From positions 1-64,000 of the forward strand of contig CAVOID010000004.1 in assembly GCA_963695875.1 (NCBI GenBank): a stretch of DNA of 64,000 bases, written 5' to 3'. The DNA is from an uncultured delta proteobacterium. GTDB taxonomy: Bacteria > Desulfobacterota > Syntrophia > Syntrophales > UBA2185. Numbering within the stretch: the stretch's first letter is position 1; each line of letters opens with the position of its first letter. The position numbers and the translations under genes are program-made. The notes beneath the pieces are model-generated. The model was not told where the DNA came from and did not search any database. It saw only the letters and a list, made by a program, of their open reading frames with translations. Of this stretch, positions 1 to 15,290 are shown piece after piece.

Positions 1-120
1 GTACGGGCTTCTCCTGCGTGGGTGTTTTCATCCTTCCTCCTTTCTATAGCCGTGTTGCGCTTCTAAAACGGCCACGTTCCAATCCGCGATGTCGGGCCTT
101 TCGATGTCGAACTCGTGGGC

Positions 121-1938
121 CTAATGGTCGTCAACCTTGATATCGGCGCCCGCAAGGTTCCGGATAGTCTTCGCGTATCCTGCCATCAAATCGTTGAGGA
201 AGGCGGCGTTGACAGGCCCTTTGATGGTCGTTACTTCATAGAAACGTTTCGGTATCGTCACCTCCTCGGGCTTATAACCCGTAGCGAGACGGTTCTTCCA
301 CCGCAACTGCTGAATGGTGCGGGCAACGTCGGCGATATTGTCGGCGAGGGACATGTAGCCCACCGACTTGAGGCAGGTTGCCAGCTGTTCGTCCTCATAC
401 ACGCTGCGTGCGAAGAGGCACGCAACCATCGAGGTGAGGAATGCTCTCCCCTGTTCATCCTTGACGAGAAAATCGACCGCCTTCGATACATCTTTACTTT
501 TTGCCTCGGGATCGGACGGGACGTTGGGGGTCTCCAGATACGCCTCCTTGCTCTTCTCCTTTTGGTCGTACGAGTAGCCGGCGCTGTCGAGGTGAGAGTG
601 GCGCAGGCCGAGGGCCTGAGAGGCGAAGTAGACCTCTCCCGTCGCATAACCCGCCATCTCCTGGCCGAGAACACAGGCAAACTCCTTCCCGCCATAGTGC
701 TCAGCCGCCTTGAGCGTCCCCTGCGCGAGGAGACGATAGAAGTCATTACTGCCCCTCCCCAGGTGCTCCATGGCCTGCTTATAGACCTCGCTATCGCCGA
801 ACGCAAGTCGCACTATCGTCTCCTTCTCCGAAATCATGCCTTTCTCCGTCGCTTCCGTCGCCCAGGCGAGTGCTACGCCCGCCGACATTATGTCGAGCCC
901 CATCTTTTCGGCAACGTCGAGAATGGCAAGTACCTGAAACGGGTTGGTGATCGAAAGCATCGCTCCCGCGGCGAAGATGGGCTCGTGGTCGTACGAAACC
1001 TGGCGGTAGAAGTAGCGGTGCTCCTCGGTGAAGCGTTCACGCATGAACCCTATGTGGATGCATCCCACGGGGCAACCTGCACACGCCGCGTTCCTAAGCA
1101 GTACATTATCAGCAAACTCCTCTCCGGTGATGCCGCTGATCTCGGGATCGGCGGTTCGCTGGAGGTTACGGATCGGCAGCATCTCCATCCCGTTCAGCAG
1201 GGCCATGTTGATGGGCGTTCCGATGTCATGGTACTTGCTCATCATCTTTGTCGTGGTGAGCTTCGTGTAGACGTCCTGAAACACCTTCGGGTACTCCTTC
1301 GATTCAGGCAGTGGGAAGTATACGTCCCCCTCGATCACGATACCTTTGAGGTTCTTACTGCCCATGACCGTCCCTCCGCCCAGCCTCCCGAAGTGGCGGT
1401 AGGTATCGGCATTGATCTGGGCCATTGCGGAACCGTTCTCCCCTGCTGGACCGATGCGGAGGATGCTCCGGTGGCCTTTGTGGGCCTTGAACATGCCGCG
1501 CAATATCTTCCCGGTATCAAACACGTCCCTGCCCCAGATGTAATGGACCTCCCTCATTTCCAGGTGACGGCCACCGACGACGAGGACCGACGGGCTCCGG
1601 GCTTTACCGATGATGACAAGAGCGTCAAGGTCAGCAAAACGTAATGCCAGCGCTGATCGACCACCGGCGTGGCTCTCCGCATACTGGTGGTGATAAGGTG
1701 ACTTGAAGGCACAGACGGTCTTGCTCATGAGCGGGAAGTAGCCGGTAAGCGGACCGATGGCGAAGATCAGCGGCTGATCGGGATCATCCCACGATCTCTC
1801 CGGATGACCATATTTGCTGAACAACAGGGCCGCGAGTCCGCTACCGCCGGCCACGGTATCCCGCCCCTCAAGAGACACCACAGGGCCACGGCCAGTCCTC
1901 AGGTCAACGACAAGGATCCTAAAGGTACTTCTTATCAT
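121..1938 (-). CDS. Aldehyde:ferredoxin oxidoreductase family protein (tungstopterin AOR family)
   Basis: 605-aa ORF with AOR-family motifs: FAIGPLTG, KSP, ESHAGG, IGPAGENG, GRLGGGTVMGSKNLKGI, CAGCPVGC, GLDIMSAG. Confidence 0.9.
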   Translation of the reverse strand: MIRSTFRILVVDLRTGRGPVVSLEGRDTVAGGSGLAALLFSKYGHPERSWDDPDQPLIFAIGPLTGYFPLMSKTVCAFKSPYHHQYAESHAGGRSALALRFADLDALVIIGKARSPSVLVVGGRHLEMREVHYIWGRDVFDTGKILRGMFKAHKGHRSILRIGPAGENGSAMAQINADTYRHFGRLGGGTVMGSKNLKGIVIEGDVYFPLPESKEYPKVFQDVYTKLTTTKMMSKYHDIGTPINMALLNGMEMLPIRNLQRTADPEISGITGEEFADNVLLRNAACAGCPVGCIHIGFMRERFTEEHRYFYRQVSYDHEPIFAAGAMLSITNPFQVLAILDVAEKMGLDIMSAGVALAWATEATEKGMISEKETIVRLAFGDSEVYKQAMEHLGRGSNDFYRLLAQGTLKAAEHYGGKEFACVLGQEMAGYATGEVYFASQALGLRHSHLDSAGYSYDQKEKSKEAYLETPNVPSDPEAKSKDVSKAVDFLVKDEQGRAFLTSMVACLFARSVYEDEQLATCLKSVGYMSLADNIADVARTIQQLRWKNRLATGYKPEEVTIPKRFYEVTTIKGPVNAAFLNDLMAGYAKTIRNLAGADIKVDDH

Positions 1939-2368
1939 AAGGCACCTCGCCTCTCACTGGTCTTTGCGTCGATATCTCTTCTATCGCAAGGCAGTCGTGG
2001 GGGCAGAACGGCACGCATAGGCCGCAGTGGATACAGACGAACGGGTCGCCGGTGGGGTCCAGATAGATGGCATCCACGGGGCAGGCGCGGGCGCATTGCC
2101 CACAACGGATGCACAATTTCTTACGCACTATCACGCCACCTTCTTTCCGTTGTGAATAGGCACCCGTCGGGCATGCGATGGCGCAGGGAGCCGGGTCGCA
2201 GGCCAGACATTTACTCGCCTCGAAACCCGTGGACAGCCCTCCGGATGATGCGATCCGAATCCCAGCAGTGTCCCAGGAGAGATTCTTGTTAACGAGCCGG
2301 GCGCAGGCGAAGGAACAGTTGTGGCACCCGATACATCGTTCCATTCGCGGCGTAGTCAACATCTTCAT
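1919..2368 (-). CDS. 4Fe-4S dicluster ferredoxin-type protein (AOR partner subunit)
   Basis: Four Cys cluster motifs (CIGCHNC..C, CLAC...C...CP, CIRCGQCARACP, CIHCGLCVPFCP); overlaps the AOR start. Confidence 0.9.
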   Translation of the reverse strand: MKMLTTPRMERCIGCHNCSFACARLVNKNLSWDTAGIRIASSGGLSTGFEASKCLACDPAPCAIACPTGAYSQRKEGGVIVRKKLCIRCGQCARACPVDAIYLDPTGDPFVCIHCGLCVPFCPHDCLAIEEISTQRPVRGEVPYDKKYL

Positions 2369-2570
2369 ACAATCCTCCTTTAATGCCTGTCTCTATCGCG
2401 ATCGACCTTTCAATTGGTCTGCTATACCGCACGGAGGTTGTCGATCATTTTCTTGTCTGCGGCAAACTCACTGTGAGAACAGATTCATCGTTTCTCCTGA
2501 CAGTTTTCTGTACAGAATGCGTGCAAGTATTTCGTTAATTCTGCTCTTGGTTCCTCGTCTTCCTAATTTA

Positions 2571-3070
2571 CTACTCCATTGGTTTCTCTTCTTTGGCGCC
2601 ATCGCCCTCTTCACCGGGTGCCGGGGACGGGGCATCCGTCTTTCGAGACGGTTTTCCCGATGATACCGCCTCCGCTGAGGGTTCCTGCGGGGAAGCGTTC
2701 TTCGGCGGAGGAACCGTCTCCTTCGGCGGGCCGACAACAAGGTAGAGGCCTGCCGCCCTGCTGGTCACCGAGGGGAAATAGGCATCGTGCATAGAAAGAC
2801 ACTTCACCGGGCAGACTTCCACGCACCGCCTGCACTGGCAGCACCTCAGACTGTCGATCTGCCAGTCCCTTTTTCTTTGCTCACCGCGATCGCTTCGGTC
2901 GGGCAGTTCCTCTGGCACATGCCGCAGAAGATGCACCGTGCGATCTCGTTTTCAACCCTGCCGCGCGTGGCCTCCGGATAGCGCCTTGGCTGCTGCGGGT
3001 ACATCAACGTCGCAGGTTTTCCCACCAGGCTCCTCAGGATTGTCCGTGTGATCCCCGGAAATCGTCTCAT
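2571..3070 (-). CDS. echF: Ech hydrogenase subunit F (2x[4Fe-4S]); frameshifted in this sequence
   Basis: KPATLMYP...RGRVENEIARCIFCGMCQRNCP in one frame and CCQCRRCVEVCPVKCL in another; lies after echE. Confidence 0.85.
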
Positions 3071-3084
3071 GCCTCCGTTCTCTC

Positions 3085-4164
3085 CTATCGTTCGGTGCAG
3101 CTGATGCACGGATCGATCGTCAGAATGATGACCGGTACATCGGCTATTTGGGCCCCTTTGAGCAACCGGATCATGCCGGGAAGGTTCGCGAACGTCGGGA
3201 CCCGCACACGGAATCGCTCCAAGAACTTGGTTCCGTTTGCTTTTACGTAGTAGATGACCTCACCCCGGGGCTGTTCGATCCTCCCGAAGAACTCGCCGGA
3301 AGGATTTCCCTTGACCTTCACCTCTATCGGCCCTTCCGGTGTCTTCTCTACCAGCTGCCGGAGCAGGTCTATTGAGACGAATATCTCCTTCACCCGGACG
3401 ACGCAGCGGGCATAACAATCGCCTGCCTCGGCGGTCACCGGCTCGAACTGGATACACTTGTACGCCGCGTACCCGATCTGGCGTACGTCGGAAGGGATTC
3501 CACAGGAACGTATCATGGGCCCGACCATTCCCATATAGTAGGCATCCTCCTTCGACAGCACGCCGACGCCTTCCATACGGTGGCGCAGCGAAGCGTCTTC
3601 AAGAAAGATGTTCGTAATCTCCCGGATCTCGGGCGCAAGCGCGTCGAGCTTCGCGACTATGCCGCGGAGCACGCTTGTCTCGATGTCCCGCTTCACTCCG
3701 CCGATCTTAACGCAGCCGAAAACCATCCTGCCCCCTGCTGTCGCCTCGATCATATCGAGGATATGCTCCCTGATGCGGAAAACGTGCATAAAGAGACTCT
3801 CGAAGCCCATGGCGTCGGCCGCAAGCCCCAGCCAGAGCAAGTGACTGTTGATACGGGAGAGTTCCGCCCAGATCGTCCTCAGATAGACAGCCCGTTCGGG
3901 TATCTCCACTCCCATGACCTCCTCGACGGTCTGGCAGTAGCCGAACCCGTGCATGTACCCGCAGATGCCGCAAATCCGCTCTGCCACGTACGTGTACGTC
4001 ATGAAGTCTTTCTTGTCAACGAGCTTCTCCAGACCGCGGTGGACGTAACCGATCACCGGTATCGCGTCCACGACGGTTTCATCTTCGGTGACGAGATCGA
4101 AATGAATGGGTTCGGGGAGCACCGGATGTTGCGGCCCGAAGGGTATGACGTTCGTTTTAGCCAT
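3085..4164 (-). CDS. echE: Ech [NiFe]-hydrogenase large subunit (group 4)
   Basis: GPQHP, GYVHRGLEK, L1 motif ERICGIC, L2 motif DPCISCTER with no C-terminal extension. Confidence 0.95.
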   Translation of the reverse strand: MAKTNVIPFGPQHPVLPEPIHFDLVTEDETVVDAIPVIGYVHRGLEKLVDKKDFMTYTYVAERICGICGYMHGFGYCQTVEEVMGVEIPERAVYLRTIWAELSRINSHLLWLGLAADAMGFESLFMHVFRIREHILDMIEATAGGRMVFGCVKIGGVKRDIETSVLRGIVAKLDALAPEIREITNIFLEDASLRHRMEGVGVLSKEDAYYMGMVGPMIRSCGIPSDVRQIGYAAYKCIQFEPVTAEAGDCYARCVVRVKEIFVSIDLLRQLVEKTPEGPIEVKVKGNPSGEFFGRIEQPRGEVIYYVKANGTKFLERFRVRVPTFANLPGMIRLLKGAQIADVPVIILTIDPCISCTER

Positions 4165-4579
4165 TCTGATCCTCCTTGGTCACCTCGTTTCCCGCGCTCA
4201 CAGACCCGGAGTCGGCCCCACCCTCCGGGTTTGAGGTCTGTACACTGAAGGGGGCCGGGATCCGCGTCTGATACAGGGTACCGTGAAAGTCGATCACCAT
4301 GTGCTCGATCTCGATCCCAAAGAGGTCGTGTATCTCGTTTTCGTACAGATACGCATTGCCGTAAATGAGACCAATACTTGGGGCACTTTCCCCGGGCGAT
4401 AAACTGAACCTGAGGTTCCTGAATAGCCGGTCTTTGTCGAAGGAATAGTTCATCTCATAGTGATCGGCCGTCGTTGTCGCGCAGATTTGTACCAACCGGT
4501 AACCAGACGACCGGAGCGCAGCGACAGCCTCCACCAGATTCATCTTTTCAATGCTCAACATCTCCTGATGCTCGATCAT
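4157..4579 (-). CDS. echD: Ech hydrogenase subunit D (NuoC-like)
   Basis: GYRLVQIC, YENEIHDLFGI; operon position. Confidence 0.88.
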   Translation of the reverse strand: MIEHQEMLSIEKMNLVEAVAALRSSGYRLVQICATTTADHYEMNYSFDKDRLFRNLRFSLSPGESAPSIGLIYGNAYLYENEIHDLFGIEIEHMVIDFHGTLYQTRIPAPFSVQTSNPEGGADSGSVSAGNEVTKEDQNG

Positions 4580-4644
4580 ATGGCCTCCCACCAAGTTTCG
4601 AAACGGTGCCACACCTTGGCAGACTATGGCCAGGTGTGGCTCCG

Positions 4645-5070
4645 TTATCGTTTACCGCTATACTTTTCATCCAGCACTTCCGTGGCTTTCAGGATGCCGT
4701 CCAGGAGCGCTTCGGGTCTTACCGCACAACCTACCACGTAGACGTCGACGGGCAGTACCGTGTCGACGCCGCCGAGGACGTTGTACGCTTCCCTGAAGAC
4801 GCAGCCGGAAGTCGCGCAGATACCGACCGCGACGACCACTTTGGGAGACGGCATCTGGTTGTAAAGGGTCCTGGCGATCTGTGCACTCCGTATGTTCATC
4901 GAGCCCGTTATGAGAAGTATGTCCGCGTGCTTGGGGTTGCCCGTGTTGATCACCCCGAATCGTTCAGGGTCGTACATCGGCGTGAGGGCCGCTATGAGTT
5001 CCAGATCGCACCCGTTGCAGCTCGAAGCATTGTAGTGCAACAGCCAGGGGGATTTCTTGAGCGAGGACAT
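4645..5070 (-). CDS. echC: Ech hydrogenase small subunit C (NuoB-like)
   Basis: SSCNGCDLE, NPKHADIL, GICATSG, VGCAVRPE. Confidence 0.92.
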   Translation of the reverse strand: MSSLKKSPWLLHYNASSCNGCDLELIAALTPMYDPERFGVINTGNPKHADILLITGSMNIRSAQIARTLYNQMPSPKVVVAVGICATSGCVFREAYNVLGGVDTVLPVDVYVVGCAVRPEALLDGILKATEVLDEKYSGKR

Positions 5071-5075
5071 TCTTA

Positions 5076-5963
5076 TTACCTCCCGAGCACGTAGTGGGCA
5101 ATGATCAGGTTCGAGACGCCGGCCATTACGGTGAAGACCCACGTCGATGCGAACATCACCTGCCACTTGACGCGGGCGAACGCGTTGTCCGTAAAGATCA
5201 CTGCGAAATAGACGAGCAGCGTGACACCAATGCCGATCCACGGGCTGAACGAGAAGAAGAGGTAGATCAGGGCGAGAAGCAGGATATTTTCGTACCAGTG
5301 CGCCATTTCTATCAGGGCCAGGTGCGGCCCGGAGAATTCGGTGGTAAGCCCTCGGACGATCTCCTGGTGGGCGTGGTGCGAGATGGACAGATCGAAGGGC
5401 GATTTCCGGAACTTGATGACCAGCACGTACAGGTAGGTGGCAAAGATACCGGGCAGGTACAGAATGAACTGTCCTTCCCGGGAGGCCTGGTAGATGCCAC
5501 TGACCTCAAAGGTGCCCGCGACCACGTAGAATCCGATCGCCAAAATCATCACGGCAGGGTCATAGGCCATCATCTGGATGAGCTCACGCTCGGCGCCCAC
5601 GTGGCTGTAAGGCGAATTGACCGAGAAGCCGGCAAGCACAAAGAAGAGACTGGCAAGCATCAGGGCGAAAATTACAAGAAGAATGCTTGCGCCCGCGAAG
5701 AAGAGCGAGCCGGTGAAAATCATGAAGAGGAAGAAAAGGAAGACGAAGAAGTTCTGAAAACGGTTGACCGCGATCCTTTCCTTACGAAAGAGCTTTGCAA
5801 CATCGTAGAAAGGCTGCAGGACCGGCGGTCCGACCCGTCCCTGCATCCAGGCCGACACCTTGCGGTCGAGCCCCGCGAGCAGGCCGCCCGCGAGAGGGCA
5901 GAGCACCACGTAGGCAATCACTCGAAGAACGACGCCGATTGCGGAGCCTTCATCAGGACTCAT
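5076..5963 (-). CDS. echB: Ech hydrogenase membrane subunit B (NuoH-like)
   Basis: QGRVGPPVLQPFYD, SPYSHVGAEREL, KSPFDLS...HQEIVRGLTTEFSG. Confidence 0.92.
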   Translation of the reverse strand: MSPDEGSAIGVVLRVIAYVVLCPLAGGLLAGLDRKVSAWMQGRVGPPVLQPFYDVAKLFRKERIAVNRFQNFFVFLFFLFMIFTGSLFFAGASILLVIFALMLASLFFVLAGFSVNSPYSHVGAERELIQMMAYDPAVMILAIGFYVVAGTFEVSGIYQASREGQFILYLPGIFATYLYVLVIKFRKSPFDLSISHHAHQEIVRGLTTEFSGPHLALIEMAHWYENILLLALIYLFFSFSPWIGIGVTLLVYFAVIFTDNAFARVKWQVMFASTWVFTVMAGVSNLIIAHYVLGR

Positions 5964-7851
5964 AACATCACCACCCCGAACATGATAATGATAAAGAAGC
6001 TGGCAGAGAGCAGCCCGGCTTGCAGCAACCGCGCCTCCCCGAACCAAGCGGATAGGTAATAGTTGCGGGTATCGGCACGCAGAGTGCGCCCCTGTGCACC
6101 GAAGAACGACGTGTCGTCCGCGTTGGCGCCCGCGAGGTAGGGGCCTACAAACCGGTAATCTTTCCGTCGTGCACTATAAAGGATCCCGATCGGAAAAATA
6201 ACGAGGAGTGTGGCCATTATAACGACAATGATGATGAGGGTCGCCGGTTCGAGCGTCGGACTGGCCCCGTAGACCGATTGTATGTACGGGTCGATAAGTC
6301 CGCTGGAGACCCAGGGGAACGAGATACAGACGGCGATGGTAAGCAGGGAGAGGACCACCATGGTCAGCCATTCCCATCCGCTGATCTCCCCCTCCCTGTT
6401 TTGAGTTCCTTCCGAACCATAAGCGTCTTCCCCATCCACTTCGCGTAGAAGAACATGGTCGCGCCGCCACCGAAGGCAAGCGCGACGCCCAGGAGCGGGT
6501 GTACATCGACGAGCGCCTGCAGGGTCACCGCCTTACTGATGACCATGCCGAAGGGCGCGAGAAACATGCCCGCGAGCCCGATGTCCATCATCGCCGCAAC
6601 CTTCGGCATCCGCATGATCAGTGCATCCATGTCTTCGATATCCCGGCTGTCGAGCTTGTAATCCACTACGCCCACGCAGAGGAAAAGCAGCGACTTTGCC
6701 ACGGCGTGAAAGACGATCAGCAGGAGCGCGGACCAGGCCGCCTCATAGGTTCCGACGCCAGCGCACATGACGATCAGCGCCAGCGTGGCGATCGTGGAGT
6801 ACGCAAGAACGCGTTTCGCATCGCTCTGGGACACTGCAATGAACGAAGCGAACAGGAAGGTAATCGCACCGATGAAGGTGATGCAGATGCCGGCAGGGGT
6901 ATCATTGAGGACCGGCGAAACCTTCAGGAGGAGATAGACGCCGGCCTTGACCATCGTGCTCGAATGGAGAAGCGCAGATACGGGGGTCGGTGCGACCATC
7001 GCGCCGGTGAGCCACGGGGAAAAGGGCATCTGTGCAGATTTCACCAACCCGGCGAACGCAAGCAGCACGGCCGGGAACATCACCTGCCGGCGAACCGGAC
7101 TGGATCATCCGTTCAGATCGGCGATCCCCGCACGGAAGGAAAGATAGACCACGCCCGCAGAAAAGGCGAGGCCCCCGAGGACGTTCATCCAGAGGGCGCG
7201 GAAGGCCGAGTTCTGCGACTCCGTGTCGTTACGGTAGCCGATGAGGAAGAACGAACAGAGCGTCGTGATCTCCCAGAAGAAGAACATCCACTTGAGGCTG
7301 TTGGAGAATACGAGACCGAACATCGCGGAGATGAAGACATACATGAGGAAGCCGAAGAAGCGGCGCCGCTCTTTGACCTCTCTATGGTGCTCGTGGTACT
7401 CGGTCATATATCCGAAGGCATAGTTGATGATCAGCGTACCGAGGATCCCTATCACGAGGGCCATGATGCCCGAAAAACGGTCGATGAAGAGCTGGTGTTC
7501 GGCATGCACGGCGGGTGGGTAGACAAGCTCGAACAGAAGGGTCATCGCGGTCGCCACCGCTCCCAGCAGCATCGTAAAGTACCGTTTCAACCTCAGACCC
7601 AGATAGGTGATCAGCAGGCCGAACCCTATCTCCAACGCCAGCATCAGGTGCTCCAGAAGTGGGTTCTCCACCTTAAAAAAGAGAGGTTCGCTTCCGCTCA
7701 CGGCGACGAGAAGAACGCTTCCCGCGATGATGAGCAGATTGGCGGGCACAGCCAGAACCCGTCTCACGGCCAGAACGCGGATCATCAGGGACGCGACCGC
7801 GACCAACAACGGAAAGAGGATCAGGAAACCGATTATGGTCAACGAATTCAT
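5960..7851 (-). CDS. echA: Ech hydrogenase antiporter-like subunit A (NuoL-like); two frameshifts
   Basis: ORF pieces 7105-7863, 6364-7083 and 5960-6439 carry FWEITTLCSFFLIGY, KSAQMPF.PWL..AMVAPTPVSALLHSSTMVKAG and HAVAKSLLF. Confidence 0.9.
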
Positions 7852-7876
7852 TTTACGCGCCACTCGAAGGGATTGA

Positions 7877-8874
7877 TCATCGTGCGCCCCATGAACTGAC
7901 GAGGTGCATGTAATGCAGCCTTGACAAAGCCTGCGGGTCGGGGATGTTCTTGAAGTTCATGCTGCCCCGCATCTGACGCACCGACTCGTATTGATTCTGC
8001 CTCCAACCACGCCGCAAGTCCCGTCCCGCAAAGTCTTCACGTGCTCGATCCCGTTCTTTCCAATGCCGAGCAGAGCTGCACGCAGTCGGCGCCTGTCATT
8101 ATGGCCTTGACCGCGTCCTCCACCGAGTGGATACCGCCGCTGGCCGCAAGTGAGCAGGTTACGTTTCCGGAAACGATGGCGAGCCATCTCAGTCTGAGCA
8201 GAAGCTCACGAGAATCAGACAGATGAAACCGCGAGACGGGCTCCAGGTTTTCGATATCGAGGTCGGGTTCGTAAAAACGGTGCAGCAGGATGAGACCGTC
8301 GGCGCCCGCGGCATCCAGGTTGCGCGTAAAGTGCGCGAGCGAGGTGTGGAAAGGCGTGAGCTTCACGCTCACGGGAATCCGTACGCTACTCTTCACGGCC
8401 TTCAGCGCATCGATCATCCGTTCTCGATCTCTTGACCCGACTCGGATGCATCATTCGCCACATAGTAGAAATCGAGTTCGAGGCGCGTCGGCACCCGCCT
8501 GCTCCATACGCAGGGCGTAGTCCGTCCAGCGCTGCCGGGGTCACCGCATTGATTGTCCTAATGACCGGGATCCTCGTATGCTTCTTCACGTCGGCGAGAT
8601 GCGCGATGTAGGCCTTCAGCCTCAACGATGGCATGCTCAGGCTCGGCAAAATAGGAGAGCGCCTCGGCAAAGGACTGGGCGGGCGTGTCGATCGAATGGA
8701 AGAGGGCCATCTGCTCGTTCAGAAGTTGTTCCTCAAAGAGCGGCGGGAGTACAATAGCAGCAACCCCGGCTTCCTCCAAACGTTTGATCGTGTCGAGACG
8801 GTCCGTGAGCGGGGAGGGGCCGCAACAAACGGATTAGGAAGCGATAGTCCAAGGTATGTCGTCGAGAGATCCAT
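7877..8874 (-). CDS. Dihydroorotate dehydrogenase-like flavoprotein; frameshifted
   Basis: MDLSTTYLGLSLPNPF start, LFEEQ, IPVSVKLTP, LAASGGIHSVEDAVKAIMTGAD; this family is often found next to nifJ. Confidence 0.85.
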
Positions 8875-8877
8875 ATA

Positions 8878-12567
<3,690 letters not shown>

Positions 12568-12593
12568 CTACTCTCAACCATTGAGCTCTGAGC

Positions 12594-13883
12594 TCAACCC
12601 ATTTCCCTCGGCTGTCCCGTCGAGGCAATAACGCTGTTCCACAGCAACCCGAGTGGATCTATTTTCTTGCGCTGCGTTACCGCGAGGCGTATGGGCACAT
12701 GGGTAAAGCGATAATTCAAAAAACTGACAACCATATTCGTCCGTCCGTTCATTCCGGCATGTACGGCGTTTTGCCCGAGGAGAAGACAGAAGGCCGAGTC
12801 GTGGGCTATCGAGGGCATGCTCCTGATCGTATAGCTGGGATCAATATATTTAAGGTTGATTTCTATTCCCGCTTCCTTGAAATAATCCTTGATGGCGTCT
12901 CTTAGGAAAAGGCCGATGTCACCATACTTGAGGTTCCCCGAGGCGTCACGTTCCCCGGTCCTATCCATCAGATCCTGGCCCGCCCCCTCGGCCACGACAA
13001 TCACCGCGTGGCCTCTTCGCGCAAGCCGCTCTCTCAAGGATCCCAGAAATCCATCCAGCGTAAAGGGCACTTCAGGGACGAGGCAGAAATTCACGTGGTT
13101 GTCGACCAAGGCCGAAAAGGCGGCGATGAAACCGGAGTCACGCCCCATGAGTTTTACCAATCCGATACCGTTGCGTCCTGCCTCTGCCTCGGTGTTGGCG
13201 GCATAGGTAGACCGCCGCGCCTCGGTGATCGCTGTCTCGAATCCGAAGGTCGTTTCAATAAAGGAAATGTCGTTGTCTATCGTCTTAGGAATGCCGATGA
13301 CGCTGATCGGGAGCCCCCTCCGTATGGCCTCTTCACCGATCTTCTGGGCCCCACGGAGTGTCCCGTCCCCGCCTATAGCGAAAAGAATGCCTATTTTCAG
13401 CTCCTCCAGATATCGCACCATCTCCGCCGAATCCTGAGGTCCCCGTGACGACCCAAGGATCGTTCCGCCCATTTCATGGATGCGGTCGACCACCTCCGGC
13501 AGGAGTTCGAGCGGCTTGTGGCCATAGCGCGGCACCAGGCCCTCGTATCCGAAGCGAAACCCATATATTTTGCGAACCCCATAATGGTGGTAGAGACACA
13601 GAACGATCGACCGGATCACATCATTCAGCCCGGGACAGATACCTCCGCAGGTCACGATCCCGCAGGCCAGCTGCGAGGGCTCAAAAAAGATGTTTTCTCT
13701 CGGCCCCGCCTCTTCCATCCAGGGAGGATCAGCCCCCTTATCGATCCATGGTTTTAGTTCATCGAGAAGGGAGTGATAGAGCACGCGTTCATCACCCCGA
13801 ATAAAGCGTACCCCCTTCATCGGCGAAGGGATCCGGCACTCCCCGATCTTTGCAATCGTAAAATCAAGGTCGGTATCCGTCAT
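12594..13883 (-). CDS. pfkA: ATP-dependent 6-phosphofructokinase
   Basis: VTCGGICPG, GGTILGSSRG, GGDGT (Gly, ATP-type), PKTIDND, KLMGR. Confidence 0.9.
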   Translation of the reverse strand: MTDTDLDFTIAKIGECRIPSPMKGVRFIRGDERVLYHSLLDELKPWIDKGADPPWMEEAGPRENIFFEPSQLACGIVTCGGICPGLNDVIRSIVLCLYHHYGVRKIYGFRFGYEGLVPRYGHKPLELLPEVVDRIHEMGGTILGSSRGPQDSAEMVRYLEELKIGILFAIGGDGTLRGAQKIGEEAIRRGLPISVIGIPKTIDNDISFIETTFGFETAITEARRSTYAANTEAEAGRNGIGLVKLMGRDSGFIAAFSALVDNHVNFCLVPEVPFTLDGFLGSLRERLARRGHAVIVVAEGAGQDLMDRTGERDASGNLKYGDIGLFLRDAIKDYFKEAGIEINLKYIDPSYTIRSMPSIAHDSAFCLLLGQNAVHAGMNGRTNMVVSFLNYRFTHVPIRLAVTQRKKIDPLGLLWNSVIASTGQPREMG

Positions 13884-13998
13884 AGTCTCCTCACTTTAAG
13901 ATCATCAAAGCAATCGCTTTTGATAAAGGAGCCATCCGTCATTCCCTTCAGCATCCCGGTTCTTCTTTCGCCCTTGAATGATTTGAGCCCGATTTCGG

Positions 13999-15290
13999 TC
14001 ACGGATTGGGGTATGAACCGATTATACGCTTAAGATCCGCTACGGACGAGATCATAACTAAGAAGGGCCTGCAGCTCTTCATACTCGGCCTTCTTCACCG
14101 CAGCGACCGCCATCGCGTATTGAGCCTCCGTAGCCGTCCCTGACTTTATTCCATCACCTTTAATCCGCAGGTTTTCCTATTAAGCGTCAGGGATTCGCGG
14201 GCGACATCGATCAGGCGCTTGGTCTGTTCCAGCCGCCTGTAGGCCTTGTCCACTTCTACCTCGATCCGTGTCTTGAGGCGGTTGAAGGTTCTCGTTCGCC
14301 TGTATGAGTTGCTCCTGGCGTTGGGCTACAACACCACGCTTTTTACCCCAATCGAAGATATCCCAGGTCATCTTCACACCGACCACACCGATATCGTGAG
14401 TCAGAAAGGGGATGCCGTCCTGATAAGTATAGGTGCCGAAAATGCTTATATCAGGGATATAATCAAGGCGTGCAGCCTTTACACCGCTTTGCGCCTTATT
14501 AAGGCCTTCCTGGGCGGCTTTTATTTCCGGGTTCCTTTCCAGGGCCTCCTGCACGTAGGTTTCAGGGGTATTGGCCGCAGGTTCCGGCGGGGAGGGATCG
14601 ACCGGGTCTATATCCGTATCGAGGGGCAAGCCCAGAAGGTCATTAAGTTCCGAGTTGAGATCGGCTATCTGAATCTCTGCGGAAAGCAGGGAGTGTTTGT
14701 TCTGAAGGAGAACTGCTTTGCTGCCGATAGCGGCCACCTCGAGCTGATTTCCCGCGGCTACACTGTCTTTGGCTTCACGGAGGGCCTGTTCACCGGCTGT
14801 AACGGCGGCAGAAGCGGCCTCCTTCTGTTTCCGCGCTATGACCAGGCCATAGAAGAGCCTATGGGCGGCAAAGATAACATCAGTCCTGGCCTTATCCAGG
14901 TCGGCCGCGGCAATCTGCTGATCGGCAAGGGCGATTTTGTCCGCCTGGTATATCTTCGGCAATTGGGTCAGAGGTTGGGAGAGAGTGGTATTGACAATGA
15001 CTGCTGATTGGGAGCCCTGATTGATAGAAGTATCCTGAGTGGGGAAAGGGCCGAGACCGGGGACCGTGCCCAGACTGCCCGCAGGAACGGTAACGAGTTG
15101 GTTGTTCGTAATATGGAAGGCGTTCGTGTCGTTTGTCAGATGGGGGAAATAGTCCGCCCGGACACTCGTCCTTTTCTCGCGGGCTTCTCGGACCTTTGCG
15201 CCGGCGATTTTGAGGGACGTGTTTTGCGCCACGGCCAGGCTAATCGCTTCATCGAGGGTCAATTTACGGGTTTCGGCGAGGGCTTGAACC
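13999..15290 (-). CDS. TolC-family outer-membrane efflux domain; frameshifted, probably fused to the upstream RND permease
   Basis: KLTLDEAISLAVAQN, ADYFP, ALERNPEIKAA, DYIPDISI, WDIFDWG; no convincing independent start or RBS. Confidence 0.8.

Noticed and set aside
115..1644. Long antisense ORFs (also 5094-6059, 6499-7899, 35573-36442 and others)
   Set aside because: Shadow frames of well-supported genes in GC-rich DNA, with no recognisable motifs
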